From positions 1 through 64,000 of the IMG/VR virus record IMGVR_UViG_3300021137_000001: 64,000 nucleotides of DNA; one strand, written 5' to 3'. Positions 1-9,908 of this stretch are shown one piece after another (positions within the stretch are counted from its first letter, which is position 1; the number at the start of each line of letters is the position of its first letter). The notes under the pieces were generated by a model, which saw nothing but the letters and a program-made list of their open reading frames with translations, searched no databases and had not been told where the DNA came from. The translations under genes and the position numbers were made by a program.

Positions 1-1773
1 CCAACATTAGTTGGACAACAAGCAACACAAGCATTGTATAATACCGTTGCAACTACAATGAACTTTGCTGGTGCTGCAACTGCAATTACAATTGGTGCTA
101 TTACTGGTACTGCAAACATACGTAATGCGCTAACTACTATAACTGGTGTTGCAAATATATTAGCAACAACTGATAGTACTGTGTCTACAACTGGTGCATT
201 AATAGTAGCTGGTGGTGTTGGTGTGGGTGGTAATGTACACGTTAAATCAGGCAAACAAATAATCGTCGGTTATGATATTGTTGGTGATGTTTATCTACCA
301 CAATCAACTGCGCAATTCTTTAGTAACGTTGCTGGATATAGCCAAGTTAACCAACAAAACATTAGTAGCAACACATGGGCAAGTAGTGACTTTATTGCAA
401 CTGCTGATAACGGTAATGATACACAAGGTTATATTGACTTAGGTGTTAACAGTAGTACATATAATCAAGCAACATTTACAATTAGTAAAGCAAATGATGG
501 TTATTTATATGTACAAGGTAATGCAACAACAGGTGGTGGTAACTTAGCAATAGGTACTGCAACTGCAAATGATTTACAATTCTTTACTGGCGGTACTTTA
601 GCTGCAAATGAAGTTGCGCGATTTAATAATTCATCTGCTAATTTACAACTTAAACAAACTACAGTATCAACATCGGCGACAACTGGTGCGTTAACTGTAG
701 CTGGTGGTGCTGGTTTTGCTAAAAACGTATATGTAGCTACAGGCGCAACAATTAATAGCACACAAAGCTCAGATAACTTCTTAGTTAAAGGCTTGCATTC
801 AACTGCATTAATTTACGCAGATAGTAATAATGATTCAGTTGTTATTGGTGGCGGACATAGTGGCGCTTCTGGTGGTAACACAACTATACAAGGTGGCGTA
901 ACATTAAAAATTGATTCAACTGATACATTTATGGTACCGGTTGGTACAACTGCACAACGTCCAAGTAACAGTGGCAACGTTGATGCTAGGGGTATGACAC
1001 GATTCAACTCTACTATTAACAACTTAGAGTTTTATGATGGTACAGTATGGCAAAGTGCTGGTTCTGTATTTACTGTAATTAGTGATAGACAATTTTCGGG
1101 TGCAACTGGCGGATTATACGGAAACGTTGATGGCACAAATGCTGTCTTTACAATACAATCAAGTTCAACAGCAGCGGCAACTATTGTAAGTATCAATGGT
1201 GTGGTACAAATCCCAGTAATAGCTTATGATGTAAGTACGGTAACATTAACATTTACAGAAGCCCCAACATTAGGTGATGTAATTGATGTACGTTGTTTAG
1301 CAGCTACAACAGTATTGACATCACTTGCAAGTAGTAACGGATTAAATCAGTTCATTACAGACACAACTGGCGCACAAATTTGGTCAGGTACAGGTAGTAC
1401 AGTTGAACGTGTAAACGTTGACCCTACTGGTGTAATGCAATTAATGAATGGTACTAAAGTTGGTTATGATCAAACTGCGGTAGCATTAACAGTAAGTGCA
1501 GTAACAGTTGATAGCTTTGCAGTAGCAACATATCGTTCTGCCAAGTACATAGTTACATTTACTAACGGTACAACATCATACGAAACAGCAGAAATTATGG
1601 TAATACATGATGGTACAACTGCTACTAGAGCACAATACGGTACAGTAAGTACAACAGGTAGTACACAGGTAACGTACACAGTGACAATTACTGGTGGTAA
1701 CGTATTATTACAAGCCGCAACAGTGTCTGGTACAGGTACAGTTAAATCATTTGCTACTTATATTAAGGTGTAA
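1..1773 (+). CDS. Virion structural/tail-fibre-like protein, 5' truncated by the window
   Basis: Frame 1 is open from base 1; Thr/Gly/Ala-rich repeats (STTTGALxVAGGxG); C-terminal domain (DSFAVATYRSAKY...HDG) resembles T4-like phage fibre proteins. Confidence 0.6.
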   Translation, partial: PTLVGQQATQALYNTVATTMNFAGAATAITIGAITGTANIRNALTTITGVANILATTDSTVSTTGALIVAGGVGVGGNVHVKSGKQIIVGYDIVGDVYLPQSTAQFFSNVAGYSQVNQQNISSNTWASSDFIATADNGNDTQGYIDLGVNSSTYNQATFTISKANDGYLYVQGNATTGGGNLAIGTATANDLQFFTGGTLAANEVARFNNSSANLQLKQTTVSTSATTGALTVAGGAGFAKNVYVATGATINSTQSSDNFLVKGLHSTALIYADSNNDSVVIGGGHSGASGGNTTIQGGVTLKIDSTDTFMVPVGTTAQRPSNSGNVDARGMTRFNSTINNLEFYDGTVWQSAGSVFTVISDRQFSGATGGLYGNVDGTNAVFTIQSSSTAAATIVSINGVVQIPVIAYDVSTVTLTFTEAPTLGDVIDVRCLAATTVLTSLASSNGLNQFITDTTGAQIWSGTGSTVERVNVDPTGVMQLMNGTKVGYDQTAVALTVSAVTVDSFAVATYRSAKYIVTFTNGTTSYETAEIMVIHDGTTATRAQYGTVSTTGSTQVTYTVTITGGNVLLQAATVSGTGTVKSFATYIKV

Positions 1774-1776
1774 TTA

Positions 1777-2514
1777 ATGTTAAAGATTAATAAAGTATAT
1801 AGAAAAGATTACATTGGCGAAAACATTGTAGTCGAGAGAAATTACACAGAAGGGACGTGGCATGATACAACAGAACATGTCCCTAATGCTGTAACTAATA
1901 CACAAATATCTAATAGAGCTGTTGTGATTGGCAATGGTCCAAGTAGATTAGAATTTGATATGCAAGCTGTATTTGAGCATAGAGGCGGATTATTAGGGGC
2001 AACAACTGTACAAACTTATGGTTGTAATGCACTGTACCGAGATTATACTCCGGACTTTTTAGTAGCTCGAGGTAATAGTATAGTTAATGAATTGGCAACC
2101 TCGACGTACATCAATAATAATATTGTGTATGCAAGCTCGATTGATGTGTTGGGTCATCCTAGTAAATTTTATTTAATTCCAATCGATCCATATTGTGATG
2201 TCGGAACAACAGCAGCATATATTGCGGCATTTGATGGACACACAACAATATTTTTATTAGGGTTTGATAATCAAGATAGCCCAGACTATAATTATAATGT
2301 ATATGCAGATACTACAGGATATGATGCACATAATAATAGTACATCAGACCAAAAGTGGATTGCAGATAGAGCAATGCTAGTTAAAACATATAGCGAAGTT
2401 GATTTTGTATGGGTAACTAAATTTGGTAGAACAACAATGCCAACTGCATGGACAACATTGGTGAACTATAGACAAATCTCTTTTAAAGAGTTTGTACTAG
2501 AAGCTAGTCTATAA
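1777..2514 (+). CDS. Glycosyltransferase-like/MptE(DUF115)-like protein
   Basis: Motifs VVIGNGPS, YGCNALYRDY and IFLLGFD. Confidence 0.45.
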   Translation: MLKINKVYRKDYIGENIVVERNYTEGTWHDTTEHVPNAVTNTQISNRAVVIGNGPSRLEFDMQAVFEHRGGLLGATTVQTYGCNALYRDYTPDFLVARGNSIVNELATSTYINNNIVYASSIDVLGHPSKFYLIPIDPYCDVGTTAAYIAAFDGHTTIFLLGFDNQDSPDYNYNVYADTTGYDAHNNSTSDQKWIADRAMLVKTYSEVDFVWVTKFGRTTMPTAWTTLVNYRQISFKEFVLEASL

Positions 2515-2961
2515 TATAGATTCTAAAGTTTTAATCTTAGCAATAACTTCTTTAAAATTAACAGTACGCCAAACTCCAGGATGTAGGGGTTTGGGGTAAT
2601 CTCCTAATCCAACCCAGCAATAACCTCTATGCTCGTGATTTAAGTCAGGAACAAATTCTTCTTTAACTGGTAATAAAAATGTGTGATATGAGAAATTGTT
2701 TTTGTCGCTAGTAAACTTTTCAATAGGTATCACTTTAGCAGAGGAAAAATCTACACCAAGCTCTTCTATAAGCTCGCGATGTAATGATTCAAGCAACTGT
2801 TCGCCAGCATCAATCTTACCACCTGCTAGTCCCCATGTACCTGCATACTTGCTTGAATTACGTAATAGAAAAAGATATCGATGTGTAGTTACACAATAAA
2901 TGAACGTACCTACACCTTCAATTGATTTATTTGATATTGATTCTTTTATTTTAGTTAACAT
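2509..2961 (-). CDS. NUDIX hydrolase
   Basis: Nudix box GGKIDAGEQLLESLHRELIEELG. Confidence 0.85.
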   Translation of the reverse strand: MLTKIKESISNKSIEGVGTFIYCVTTHRYLFLLRNSSKYAGTWGLAGGKIDAGEQLLESLHRELIEELGVDFSSAKVIPIEKFTSDKNNFSYHTFLLPVKEEFVPDLNHEHRGYCWVGLGDYPKPLHPGVWRTVNFKEVIAKIKTLESIL

Positions 2962-2967
2962 ATTACT

Positions 2968-2996
2968 ATTATACTACATTAACTGATAAATGTCAA
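2968..2996 (-). promoter_or_regulatory. Sigma70-type promoter for the NUDIX gene
   Basis: TTGACA-17nt-TATAAT on the minus strand; ATG follows 6 nt after the -10 box. Confidence 0.8.
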
Positions 2997-4397
2997 CTAA
3001 AGAACTAATGTCCAGAGTCCATTTTTATATTCTCCCTCAAAAGATTTAACCCATTGATTGAGATTCCATTTATATTGTGTTCCAGTATTCAAATTTGACA
3101 CGTATTGTAACACAGTTTCTGCTACACTGTCAAATACAACAGTCCAATGTGTGCCGTTGAATTCAATAATGTCATTTGCGTTAGCAATTAAATCTGCATT
3201 GTCTGTACCGCGCCACGCACTTGGACCATCGCCGTTTGCTGAATTAGTACTACCAATTGCATTTAAAATTAAATAACGTGTGCCTGCTACAGCACTTTGC
3301 GCTAAGTCAACAGCAGTATTCTTACGTGGGTCAATAATAGCATCAATTGCGTCTAAAGAATTTGCAGGATATGTATCGATGTCTGCATTAAAAATCAATA
3401 AACTATCGTCTGTTGGATGATAACTTACTGTACCAACAACCTCCGTAACTCCGTCACCAGAAGCTAATCTAATCTGACTGATACCTTCCTCTATAGACCC
3501 ATAAACATTAACTAAATTTTTCCATATATCACGTGTACCAATTTTAGTCGGAGTAGTTAACGTGGGCTCTCTTAATGTTTCTAAATCTTGCACTTTCAGC
3601 AAGGTAAGTGTATTACCGATTAATAAAACTCCATAGTCCATCGGAGTATAATACATACGTGCGCCCATTAAATTAGCTTCTGTGTACGCCGCAGAATTTA
3701 AATCACCCTGTGCATCGTGTATATTAGCAATAATTTTTTGAATAACGCCAAGTTTCTTAACTTTAGCTGGCGGACTAATCCAAATTGGTAATTTAAATGT
3801 TAATGTTGCAATATCAATTGGATTTTCGGTAGTAGCAGATACAGTTCTGCTTGACCAAGATGGGCTATCTAAATAGATAATACTTAAACTTGTCCAATCG
3901 ATGTAATTATCTGTACTTTGTATTTCTAATCCCGGATTAAACAACGGTAATATTTGTTCAATTAATTGTAATTTTTGTTTTGTATTACTTGTCCATATAT
4001 CTAACTTTAATTCTAAAGTATATGGCACTGGCATTATACGTTCGATAGTAAATGCATTACCTTGTGTTGGTACGTAGGTATCAGTTTCTGGATCGTATTT
4101 ACGTTGACGTATGCTCATATTATTAACATAAGTTGGACTTTGTACACGATCTCTATCGTATGTTAGTCCGCTAATATAAACCGCCATTGCTGGAACAGCA
4201 TTCATAGTACTTTCGCTATTGTTTGCTAAAATTGCTGCCACCTGTCTGCTACCATCTGCATAATAAATCGGCACACGTTGTAAAGTTTTACTACCAGTGC
4301 GATCTTGCCCAAACTCGACTTCGTACCCACTCATTATTCTAATGAATTGTACTACAAAACGTTCGATTTGTCCGTCATAAAAATATTGAGCTGCCAT
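2997..4397 (-). CDS. Tail terminator/sheath stabiliser, T4 gp15-like, with C-terminal extension
   Basis: N-terminal YFYDGQIERFVVQFIRIMS, VPIYY, PVPY and FNP motifs; neck/tail context. Confidence 0.65.
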   Translation of the reverse strand: MAAQYFYDGQIERFVVQFIRIMSGYEVEFGQDRTGSKTLQRVPIYYADGSRQVAAILANNSESTMNAVPAMAVYISGLTYDRDRVQSPTYVNNMSIRQRKYDPETDTYVPTQGNAFTIERIMPVPYTLELKLDIWTSNTKQKLQLIEQILPLFNPGLEIQSTDNYIDWTSLSIIYLDSPSWSSRTVSATTENPIDIATLTFKLPIWISPPAKVKKLGVIQKIIANIHDAQGDLNSAAYTEANLMGARMYYTPMDYGVLLIGNTLTLLKVQDLETLREPTLTTPTKIGTRDIWKNLVNVYGSIEEGISQIRLASGDGVTEVVGTVSYHPTDDSLLIFNADIDTYPANSLDAIDAIIDPRKNTAVDLAQSAVAGTRYLILNAIGSTNSANGDGPSAWRGTDNADLIANANDIIEFNGTHWTVVFDSVAETVLQYVSNLNTGTQYKWNLNQWVKSFEGEYKNGLWTLVL

Positions 4398-5941
4398 TAG
4401 TTATCCGCCAAAGGTTTAAGTGCGTCAGACAACGCCTGACGTTCCTGTATTACTTTACTGTAAACAGTGTATTCTAGCATGTCGTTATTAGCGAGTGTAT
4501 TTGTGAGTGTAAATGACACATTTCCGGCAGTATTTGACATCGTATTTGTAATATGTGTACCATTTAGTAGAGTTTTTACACCATATGTACTCACATACGC
4601 AATTTTCGTTACAACCGTCTTAGTTGACATATTAAATGATATTGTAGTTACATTAGCTACTGGAGTATAAGGACTTGCGACACGAATCGCATCCCACCCA
4701 AGTCCGCCACTGTACATAGCATTAATATTATTAACAAAGCCGCTAGCCAATGAAGTATTGTCTAATCCTGGAGTTAAGTTTGTACGTACAGCATCTTCAA
4801 TTTTAATCCAACGACGTGAATCATAACGGAATAGTCTATTTGGAACATAGTCCAATCGTAAATAATAATCACCTTTAACAGGAGTATCTGGAAAGGCAAT
4901 ACCAGCACCAACAGGCAAACCATTAGGCGGCAATCCTGTGCTAGTTAAGTATCCTTGTACTTTAGCAGTAGGCGATGCAACTGGATCATCGGGGAAACCA
5001 CTATCGTCTACAGGAGCAACATAGATGGAACTTGTATCGTATCCACTTAGTGGTACTTCAATTTCTGCACGTGCAATAATAGCATCGTTAACCGCAGTAT
5101 ATTTGTTGTATGTACTTAATAAATCACCAATTGGAGTATTGTTTGCATCACCGCTACTAATATTAGTTGTAATATCTTTATATTCTTGGCTATCAACTAA
5201 TGGTGCAACTTTAACTCTCCATAAATGGGGATACCATGTTTGACTAAACCCTTCTGCGGCACGAGTAGCATCTTGTACAACGTAATAACGTTTTAATGCA
5301 CTTGGTAAATCATCGTCTAACGGATAGAAGTCTTTAAGATGTGGCATTTCAATTACATCACCGACTATAATCTTACGTCCAAGCAATTCAACCATGTCGT
5401 TTAAGTGAAAAACCATAAACAACGTATCACCAGTTAAGAACAATCCAAACTGACTTAAATCAAAATCATTGTCACTCATACGATATACACTACGCAAAGT
5501 ATAAATGCTAGTATCATACTTGCGATCTCTATTCTCAAGGAATAATAGGTCTTGTATATTTTTTACACTTTCATTGGCATAACTTGGCTGTGTTGCATCA
5601 GTATAGAACGCTATCGCCGCCCCAGCCCCAACAATAGCAGTAGTGCTTGCTGATAGCGTAACGGTTGTGCTAGTTTTTGCAATAACGGTTGTATTTGGTG
5701 GAATGCTAGTACCAGCAACAAACATACCTCTTGTTATTGCTGAAGTATTTGCAAATACTAATTCAGTCCCAGGTGCAGACTGCGCCGCTGATGTGGCAAT
5801 ACTCGTACCTTGCTCTAATGGGCCGAGATACTTATGGATGTTAATATCAACGCCGCCGACAGTAAACATCTCACTGATTCGGCGATCCATAAATTTATAA
5901 TCATTGCCCTTCTGGGGTTTGTACATGCTTAATCTTGGCAT
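4397..5941 (-). CDS. Neck/head-closure protein, T4 gp14-like
   Basis: DLLFLENRDRKYD, LSQFGLF and GDVIEMPHL motifs; adjacent to the gp15-like gene; late motif TAAATA upstream on the minus strand. Confidence 0.55.
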   Translation of the reverse strand: MPRLSMYKPQKGNDYKFMDRRISEMFTVGGVDINIHKYLGPLEQGTSIATSAAQSAPGTELVFANTSAITRGMFVAGTSIPPNTTVIAKTSTTVTLSASTTAIVGAGAAIAFYTDATQPSYANESVKNIQDLLFLENRDRKYDTSIYTLRSVYRMSDNDFDLSQFGLFLTGDTLFMVFHLNDMVELLGRKIIVGDVIEMPHLKDFYPLDDDLPSALKRYYVVQDATRAAEGFSQTWYPHLWRVKVAPLVDSQEYKDITTNISSGDANNTPIGDLLSTYNKYTAVNDAIIARAEIEVPLSGYDTSSIYVAPVDDSGFPDDPVASPTAKVQGYLTSTGLPPNGLPVGAGIAFPDTPVKGDYYLRLDYVPNRLFRYDSRRWIKIEDAVRTNLTPGLDNTSLASGFVNNINAMYSGGLGWDAIRVASPYTPVANVTTISFNMSTKTVVTKIAYVSTYGVKTLLNGTHITNTMSNTAGNVSFTLTNTLANNDMLEYTVYSKVIQERQALSDALKPLADN

Positions 5942-5975
5942 TGCGTAGTCCTGTATATCTAATATTTAGCTTAGA

Positions 5976-6004
5976 TTGACATCGTGACAAATAGATGTTA
6001 TACT
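5976..6004 (+). promoter_or_regulatory. Sigma70-type promoter
   Basis: TTGACA-17nt-TATACT. Confidence 0.75.
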
Positions 6005-6010
6005 TGCTTT

Positions 6011-6277
6011 ATGAGTGAATTAACTACAAGTTTAGATTGGGTAAGGGTGCAAGCCGAAATTGAAGCACCAGTGCATAAACTAAAAAGCTATAGTGGCGAG
6101 ATGCTAAAGATGAGCAGAAATATTGCTTTGATGGTTACGAAGCTAAGTACTGAAGAAATAGAGTGCAGACGTCAGCAGAAACAAACACGTAAACACAAAG
6201 AAATATTAGACAACATCAACGCAGAGATACATAACTACGAGCAAATGGTAACTTTTGCGGTATTATTGGCAAGTTGA
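6011..6277 (+). CDS. Hypothetical helical protein (start more likely 6011 than 5984)
   Basis: ORF; the ATG at 6011 lies at the predicted +1 of the upstream promoter. Confidence 0.6.
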   Translation: MSELTTSLDWVRVQAEIEAPVHKLKSYSGEMLKMSRNIALMVTKLSTEEIECRRQQKQTRKHKEILDNINAEIHNYEQMVTFAVLLAS

Positions 6278-6279
6278 GC

Positions 6280-6308
6280 TTGACAAATGAATACAATGGC
6301 TGTATAAT
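6280..6308 (+). promoter_or_regulatory. Sigma70-type early promoter with extended -10
   Basis: TTGACA-17nt-TATAAT preceded by TG. Confidence 0.85.
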
Positions 6309-6340
6309 GCTATATATAAACTGTTAACAAGGACGAACAA

Positions 6341-7519
6341 ATGGCTATTAAAATTGATGGTATGAAGAAAAAAACTAAAGTAACACGTGATCCGATTTTT
6401 ATGGATGAGAAAAGTGTTGGCTCAGAACCAGTATGGGATCCAGTACGTGCTTTAGAGTTTACAGAAGAAGAATTCGACCATCACATGCGTATTAGCTTAC
6501 GTTATTACAATTATTTCTATACAACTAAAGAACTTAAGAAGTACTTGGTTGAATGGGCACGTAACTATGATAGTGCCGCACATAAATTTGATAAAGCAAC
6601 TTTAGATAAGTTTGCTAAAGCATCAGACAGTTTACTACCACTTACACCTTGTGCATTAGCTAAAGCACACAAACAGGGTATGCCGCTACACGAAAGACAC
6701 GTTACTTACTTGGTTAGCTCGATTAGAAAAGTAGTCGATAACTTAGTCGACGAAGCAGAAGTAATTGACCCAACAGCACCAGTAGTTGTTCGAGTAACTA
6801 TCCAAGATAGACTTAACGATATACTTAAAACACATATCTTACACTTTGAAGAACTTGAGGATCAGCTGATCGAAGGTAAAACAGTAGACCCAAAAGCATA
6901 TGAGTACTTAACGGGCAAAAACGTCCCACAAGGTATGTTAAGCAGAATTGCGGCAGTATTTGAAAAACATCAAGACGAAATGAACGAAGCACGTGCTGGT
7001 AAAGACGAGCAACTGAATGAAGGTTATGCGCATTACAAAGCGGCAGATTACAAACGCTTTGATGCATTTTACACAAAACTGATTGCAGACTTAACTAGCT
7101 ACGGTCAAGTTAAGAAAGCAACTAAGAAAGTAACAGTACGTAAGCCACTTGCTAAAGAGAAGTTAGTTGCAAAACTAAAATATCTTAAAGAAGAAAAGAC
7201 TCTACGCTTAGTATCTGTCAATCCAGTTGACATAGTTGGGTGTGCTGAATTGTGGGTTTACAACGTTAAGACACGTAAACTTGGCAAGTACGTTGCAGAG
7301 TCAATGGGCGGAGCACTTACTGTTAAAGGTACTGCTATTGTTGGATTTGATGTATCAACAAGCGTACAAAAGACATTGCGTAAACCCGAGCTACAACTTA
7401 AAGAGTTTTTAGCGGCAGGTAAGATACAACTGCGCAAGTTTATTGAAGATATTAAAGCAACAGAGATTAAACTAACGGGTCGTATTGGTCTAGATACTAT
7501 CCTTCTTAAAGTTCAGTAG
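6341..7519 (+). CDS. Hypothetical early protein (392 aa)
   Basis: Long ORF with AAGGA RBS downstream of a consensus promoter. Confidence 0.7.
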   Translation: MAIKIDGMKKKTKVTRDPIFMDEKSVGSEPVWDPVRALEFTEEEFDHHMRISLRYYNYFYTTKELKKYLVEWARNYDSAAHKFDKATLDKFAKASDSLLPLTPCALAKAHKQGMPLHERHVTYLVSSIRKVVDNLVDEAEVIDPTAPVVVRVTIQDRLNDILKTHILHFEELEDQLIEGKTVDPKAYEYLTGKNVPQGMLSRIAAVFEKHQDEMNEARAGKDEQLNEGYAHYKAADYKRFDAFYTKLIADLTSYGQVKKATKKVTVRKPLAKEKLVAKLKYLKEEKTLRLVSVNPVDIVGCAELWVYNVKTRKLGKYVAESMGGALTVKGTAIVGFDVSTSVQKTLRKPELQLKEFLAAGKIQLRKFIEDIKATEIKLTGRIGLDTILLKVQ

Positions 7520-7525
7520 CCATAC

Positions 7526-7559
7526 AGTCCTGTTTCTGCTAAATACATGAAACAGGACT
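7526..7559 (+). promoter_or_regulatory. Perfect 11-bp hairpin with the late promoter TAAATA in its loop and the RBS in its 3' arm
   Basis: AGTCCTGTTTC (7526-7536) / GAAACAGGACT (7549-7559); TAAATA at 7540-7545. Confidence 0.7.
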
Positions 7560-7565
7560 TTTACA

Positions 7566-8450
7566 ATGGCAACAGCAACTGGTAATTTAACCGCAACACT
7601 CAGTCTAACCACAGACAGCTTATACGATCCAGCTACGGGCACGGGCGCAGGGCATATTGCGTATGACCCGGCATTATTAACAGCGGAAAATCAGCTACGT
7701 AATGATATAGTTGATTATATTCGTCTACGTTTGGGTGATGGCATCATTGATGTTGAAGCAGATAAAGAACATTATGACATGGGTATTAAACAAGCCTTTG
7801 TACGTTATCGTCAACGCAGTTCAAACGCAGTAGAAGAAAGTTATGCGTTCCTAGACTTACTTCCAGAAACACAAGAGTATATACTACCACGTGAGATTAT
7901 GGATGTTAGACAAATATTTAGACGTGGTATTGGATCTGTAACAGGTACAACAGCAAGTCAATTTGAGCCATTCGCATCGGGCTACTTAAACACTTATATG
8001 TTAGTAGCTGGTCGTGTTGGCGGATTGGCAAACTACGAATTATTTGTGGATTATCAAAAGCTAGCAATGACTATGTTTGGTGGATATATGAACTTTACGT
8101 TTAACAAAGCAACTAAGAAGCTAACAGTAATACGTAAACAACCATGGCAAGGCACGAACTCTACTGCGGTAGAAGCAGTTGCACTATGGGTATATAATGT
8201 TAAACCAGATTCGATGTTGTTAAACGACCCACAAGTGTTTCCGTGGATACAGGATTATGCTTATGCATTGGTAATGATATCAATCGGTCAAGCACGTGAA
8301 AAATTTGCGCAAATCGCAGGCCCACAAGGCGGTAGTAGTTTAAACGGTGCTGCACTTAAAGCAGAAGGACAACTATTGCTCGACAAACTTGATGCAGAAA
8401 TATCAAGCTATGCTGATGGCGGGTCTCCGCTTACGTGGGTGACTGGCTAA
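7566..8450 (+). CDS. Neck protein/head-tail adaptor, T4 gp13-like
   Basis: IVDYIRLRLG...IDVE, WIQDYAYA, GQAREKF and LNGAALKAEG motifs. Confidence 0.65.
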   Translation: MATATGNLTATLSLTTDSLYDPATGTGAGHIAYDPALLTAENQLRNDIVDYIRLRLGDGIIDVEADKEHYDMGIKQAFVRYRQRSSNAVEESYAFLDLLPETQEYILPREIMDVRQIFRRGIGSVTGTTASQFEPFASGYLNTYMLVAGRVGGLANYELFVDYQKLAMTMFGGYMNFTFNKATKKLTVIRKQPWQGTNSTAVEAVALWVYNVKPDSMLLNDPQVFPWIQDYAYALVMISIGQAREKFAQIAGPQGGSSLNGAALKAEGQLLLDKLDAEISSYADGGSPLTWVTG

Positions 8451-8527
8451 ATCAATAATTGACATCTGTCTGTAATAAATAAAATCATCTTATCCGCAAC
8501 GTATAAATATATGTAAGGAATTAACTT

Positions 8528-9241
8528 ATGTTCTTACAAAATAAATATACAACGTGGTATTATGCAATCATTCACCGCGGTCAAGATAGAATATTAACTG
8601 GTTATAAAGAAAATCATCATATTATACCAAAATCACTCAACGGATCAGACGATAAGAGTAATTTAGTTAGTCTAACTGCTCGAGAACATTTAATATGTCA
8701 TTTATTATTAACTAGAATGACTATTGGATCAAATAAACATAAAATGTTGCATGCAGCGTGGGCATTAACTACCTATCGCGATAATAGTAGAGATACAATT
8801 AAAATAACATCACGGCTATACGAATCATTAAAGATAGCTCGCTCTTTAATGATCACTGCTACACAAAGTGGCGAAAATAATCCATTTTATAATAAAAAAC
8901 ATTCTAATGCTACCCGCATTAAAATGTCACAATCTGCATCAAAACCAAAATCACTTGCATGGAAAGAATCTGCATCAACTAATAGAAAAGGAGACGGCGG
9001 TAGTTTCTTTGGTAAAACTCACTCGGATTCTCAAAAAGAAAAATGGAAAACAGACCCTCGAAGAATTCATATGGGTGCAGAAAATGGATTTTATGGTAAA
9101 ACTCATACTGATGAACAGCGACAAAAGAAACGTGAGGAAAAACTTGCAGCTTCTAAGAAAATATGTTATTATTGTAATAAGAGTGTAGATGCAATGAATT
9201 ATGGGAGATGGCACGGTGATAGATGTAAATCAAAAAAATAG
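8528..9241 (+). CDS. HNH homing endonuclease with NUMOD3-like repeats
   Basis: ENHHIIPKS...NLVSLTAREHLICH; repeated FYGKTHS/FYNKKHS; TATAAATA at 8502-8509. Confidence 0.8.
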   Translation: MFLQNKYTTWYYAIIHRGQDRILTGYKENHHIIPKSLNGSDDKSNLVSLTAREHLICHLLLTRMTIGSNKHKMLHAAWALTTYRDNSRDTIKITSRLYESLKIARSLMITATQSGENNPFYNKKHSNATRIKMSQSASKPKSLAWKESASTNRKGDGGSFFGKTHSDSQKEKWKTDPRRIHMGAENGFYGKTHTDEQRQKKREEKLAASKKICYYCNKSVDAMNYGRWHGDRCKSKK

Positions 9242-9908
9242 ACAGATAATTAGTGTATCTGGTTTTATTTCAAGTGGCAAAGATACAATTGCAGATTACT
9301 TAGTTGCTGAACATGGCTTTAAACGAGAGAGCTTTGCTGGTACACTTAAAGATGCAGTTGCTACAGTCTTTGGGTGGGATAGAGAACTACTCGAAGGACG
9401 AAGCGCAGAAGGCAGAGCATGGCGGGAAAAAGTAGATCCATGGTGGGCTAAACGCTTAAAGATGCCAAAACTAACTCCACGTTGGGTATTACAAAACTGG
9501 GGCACAGAAGTATGTCGTCATGGTTTCCACACTGATATATGGATAGCAAGTCTAGAAAACAAACTACGTAAAACAAATGAAGATATTGTAATTTCGGATT
9601 GTCGCTTCCCTAATGAAATTAAAATGATTAAGAACATGGGCGGTAAAACAGTACGTGTTAAACGCGGCACTGAACCTGTATGGTATAATTCGGCTAAAGA
9701 TGTTAATGCTGGTATGAAGCGCATCGGCTGGGCATTAGGTAAAGGCGAATTAGATAAGTTAGGAATACACCCGAGCGAATATGCATGGATCGGTACTAAA
9801 TTTGATGTCACTGTTACCAACGATGGTACCATCGAAGACTTGTATGCTACTACTGAAGAACTACTAATATCAGAAATCAGGAACGAGATCGCCCTGAGTC
9901 CAGCCTAG
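9216..9908 (+). CDS. Deoxynucleoside monophosphate kinase (T4 gp1-like); start GTG 9216 or ATG 9201
   Basis: P-loop GFISSGKDT, SFAGTLKDAV, LQNWGTEVCR, ISDCRFPNE. Confidence 0.85.
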   Translation: MIDVNQKNRQIISVSGFISSGKDTIADYLVAEHGFKRESFAGTLKDAVATVFGWDRELLEGRSAEGRAWREKVDPWWAKRLKMPKLTPRWVLQNWGTEVCRHGFHTDIWIASLENKLRKTNEDIVISDCRFPNEIKMIKNMGGKTVRVKRGTEPVWYNSAKDVNAGMKRIGWALGKGELDKLGIHPSEYAWIGTKFDVTVTNDGTIEDLYATTEELLISEIRNEIALSPA

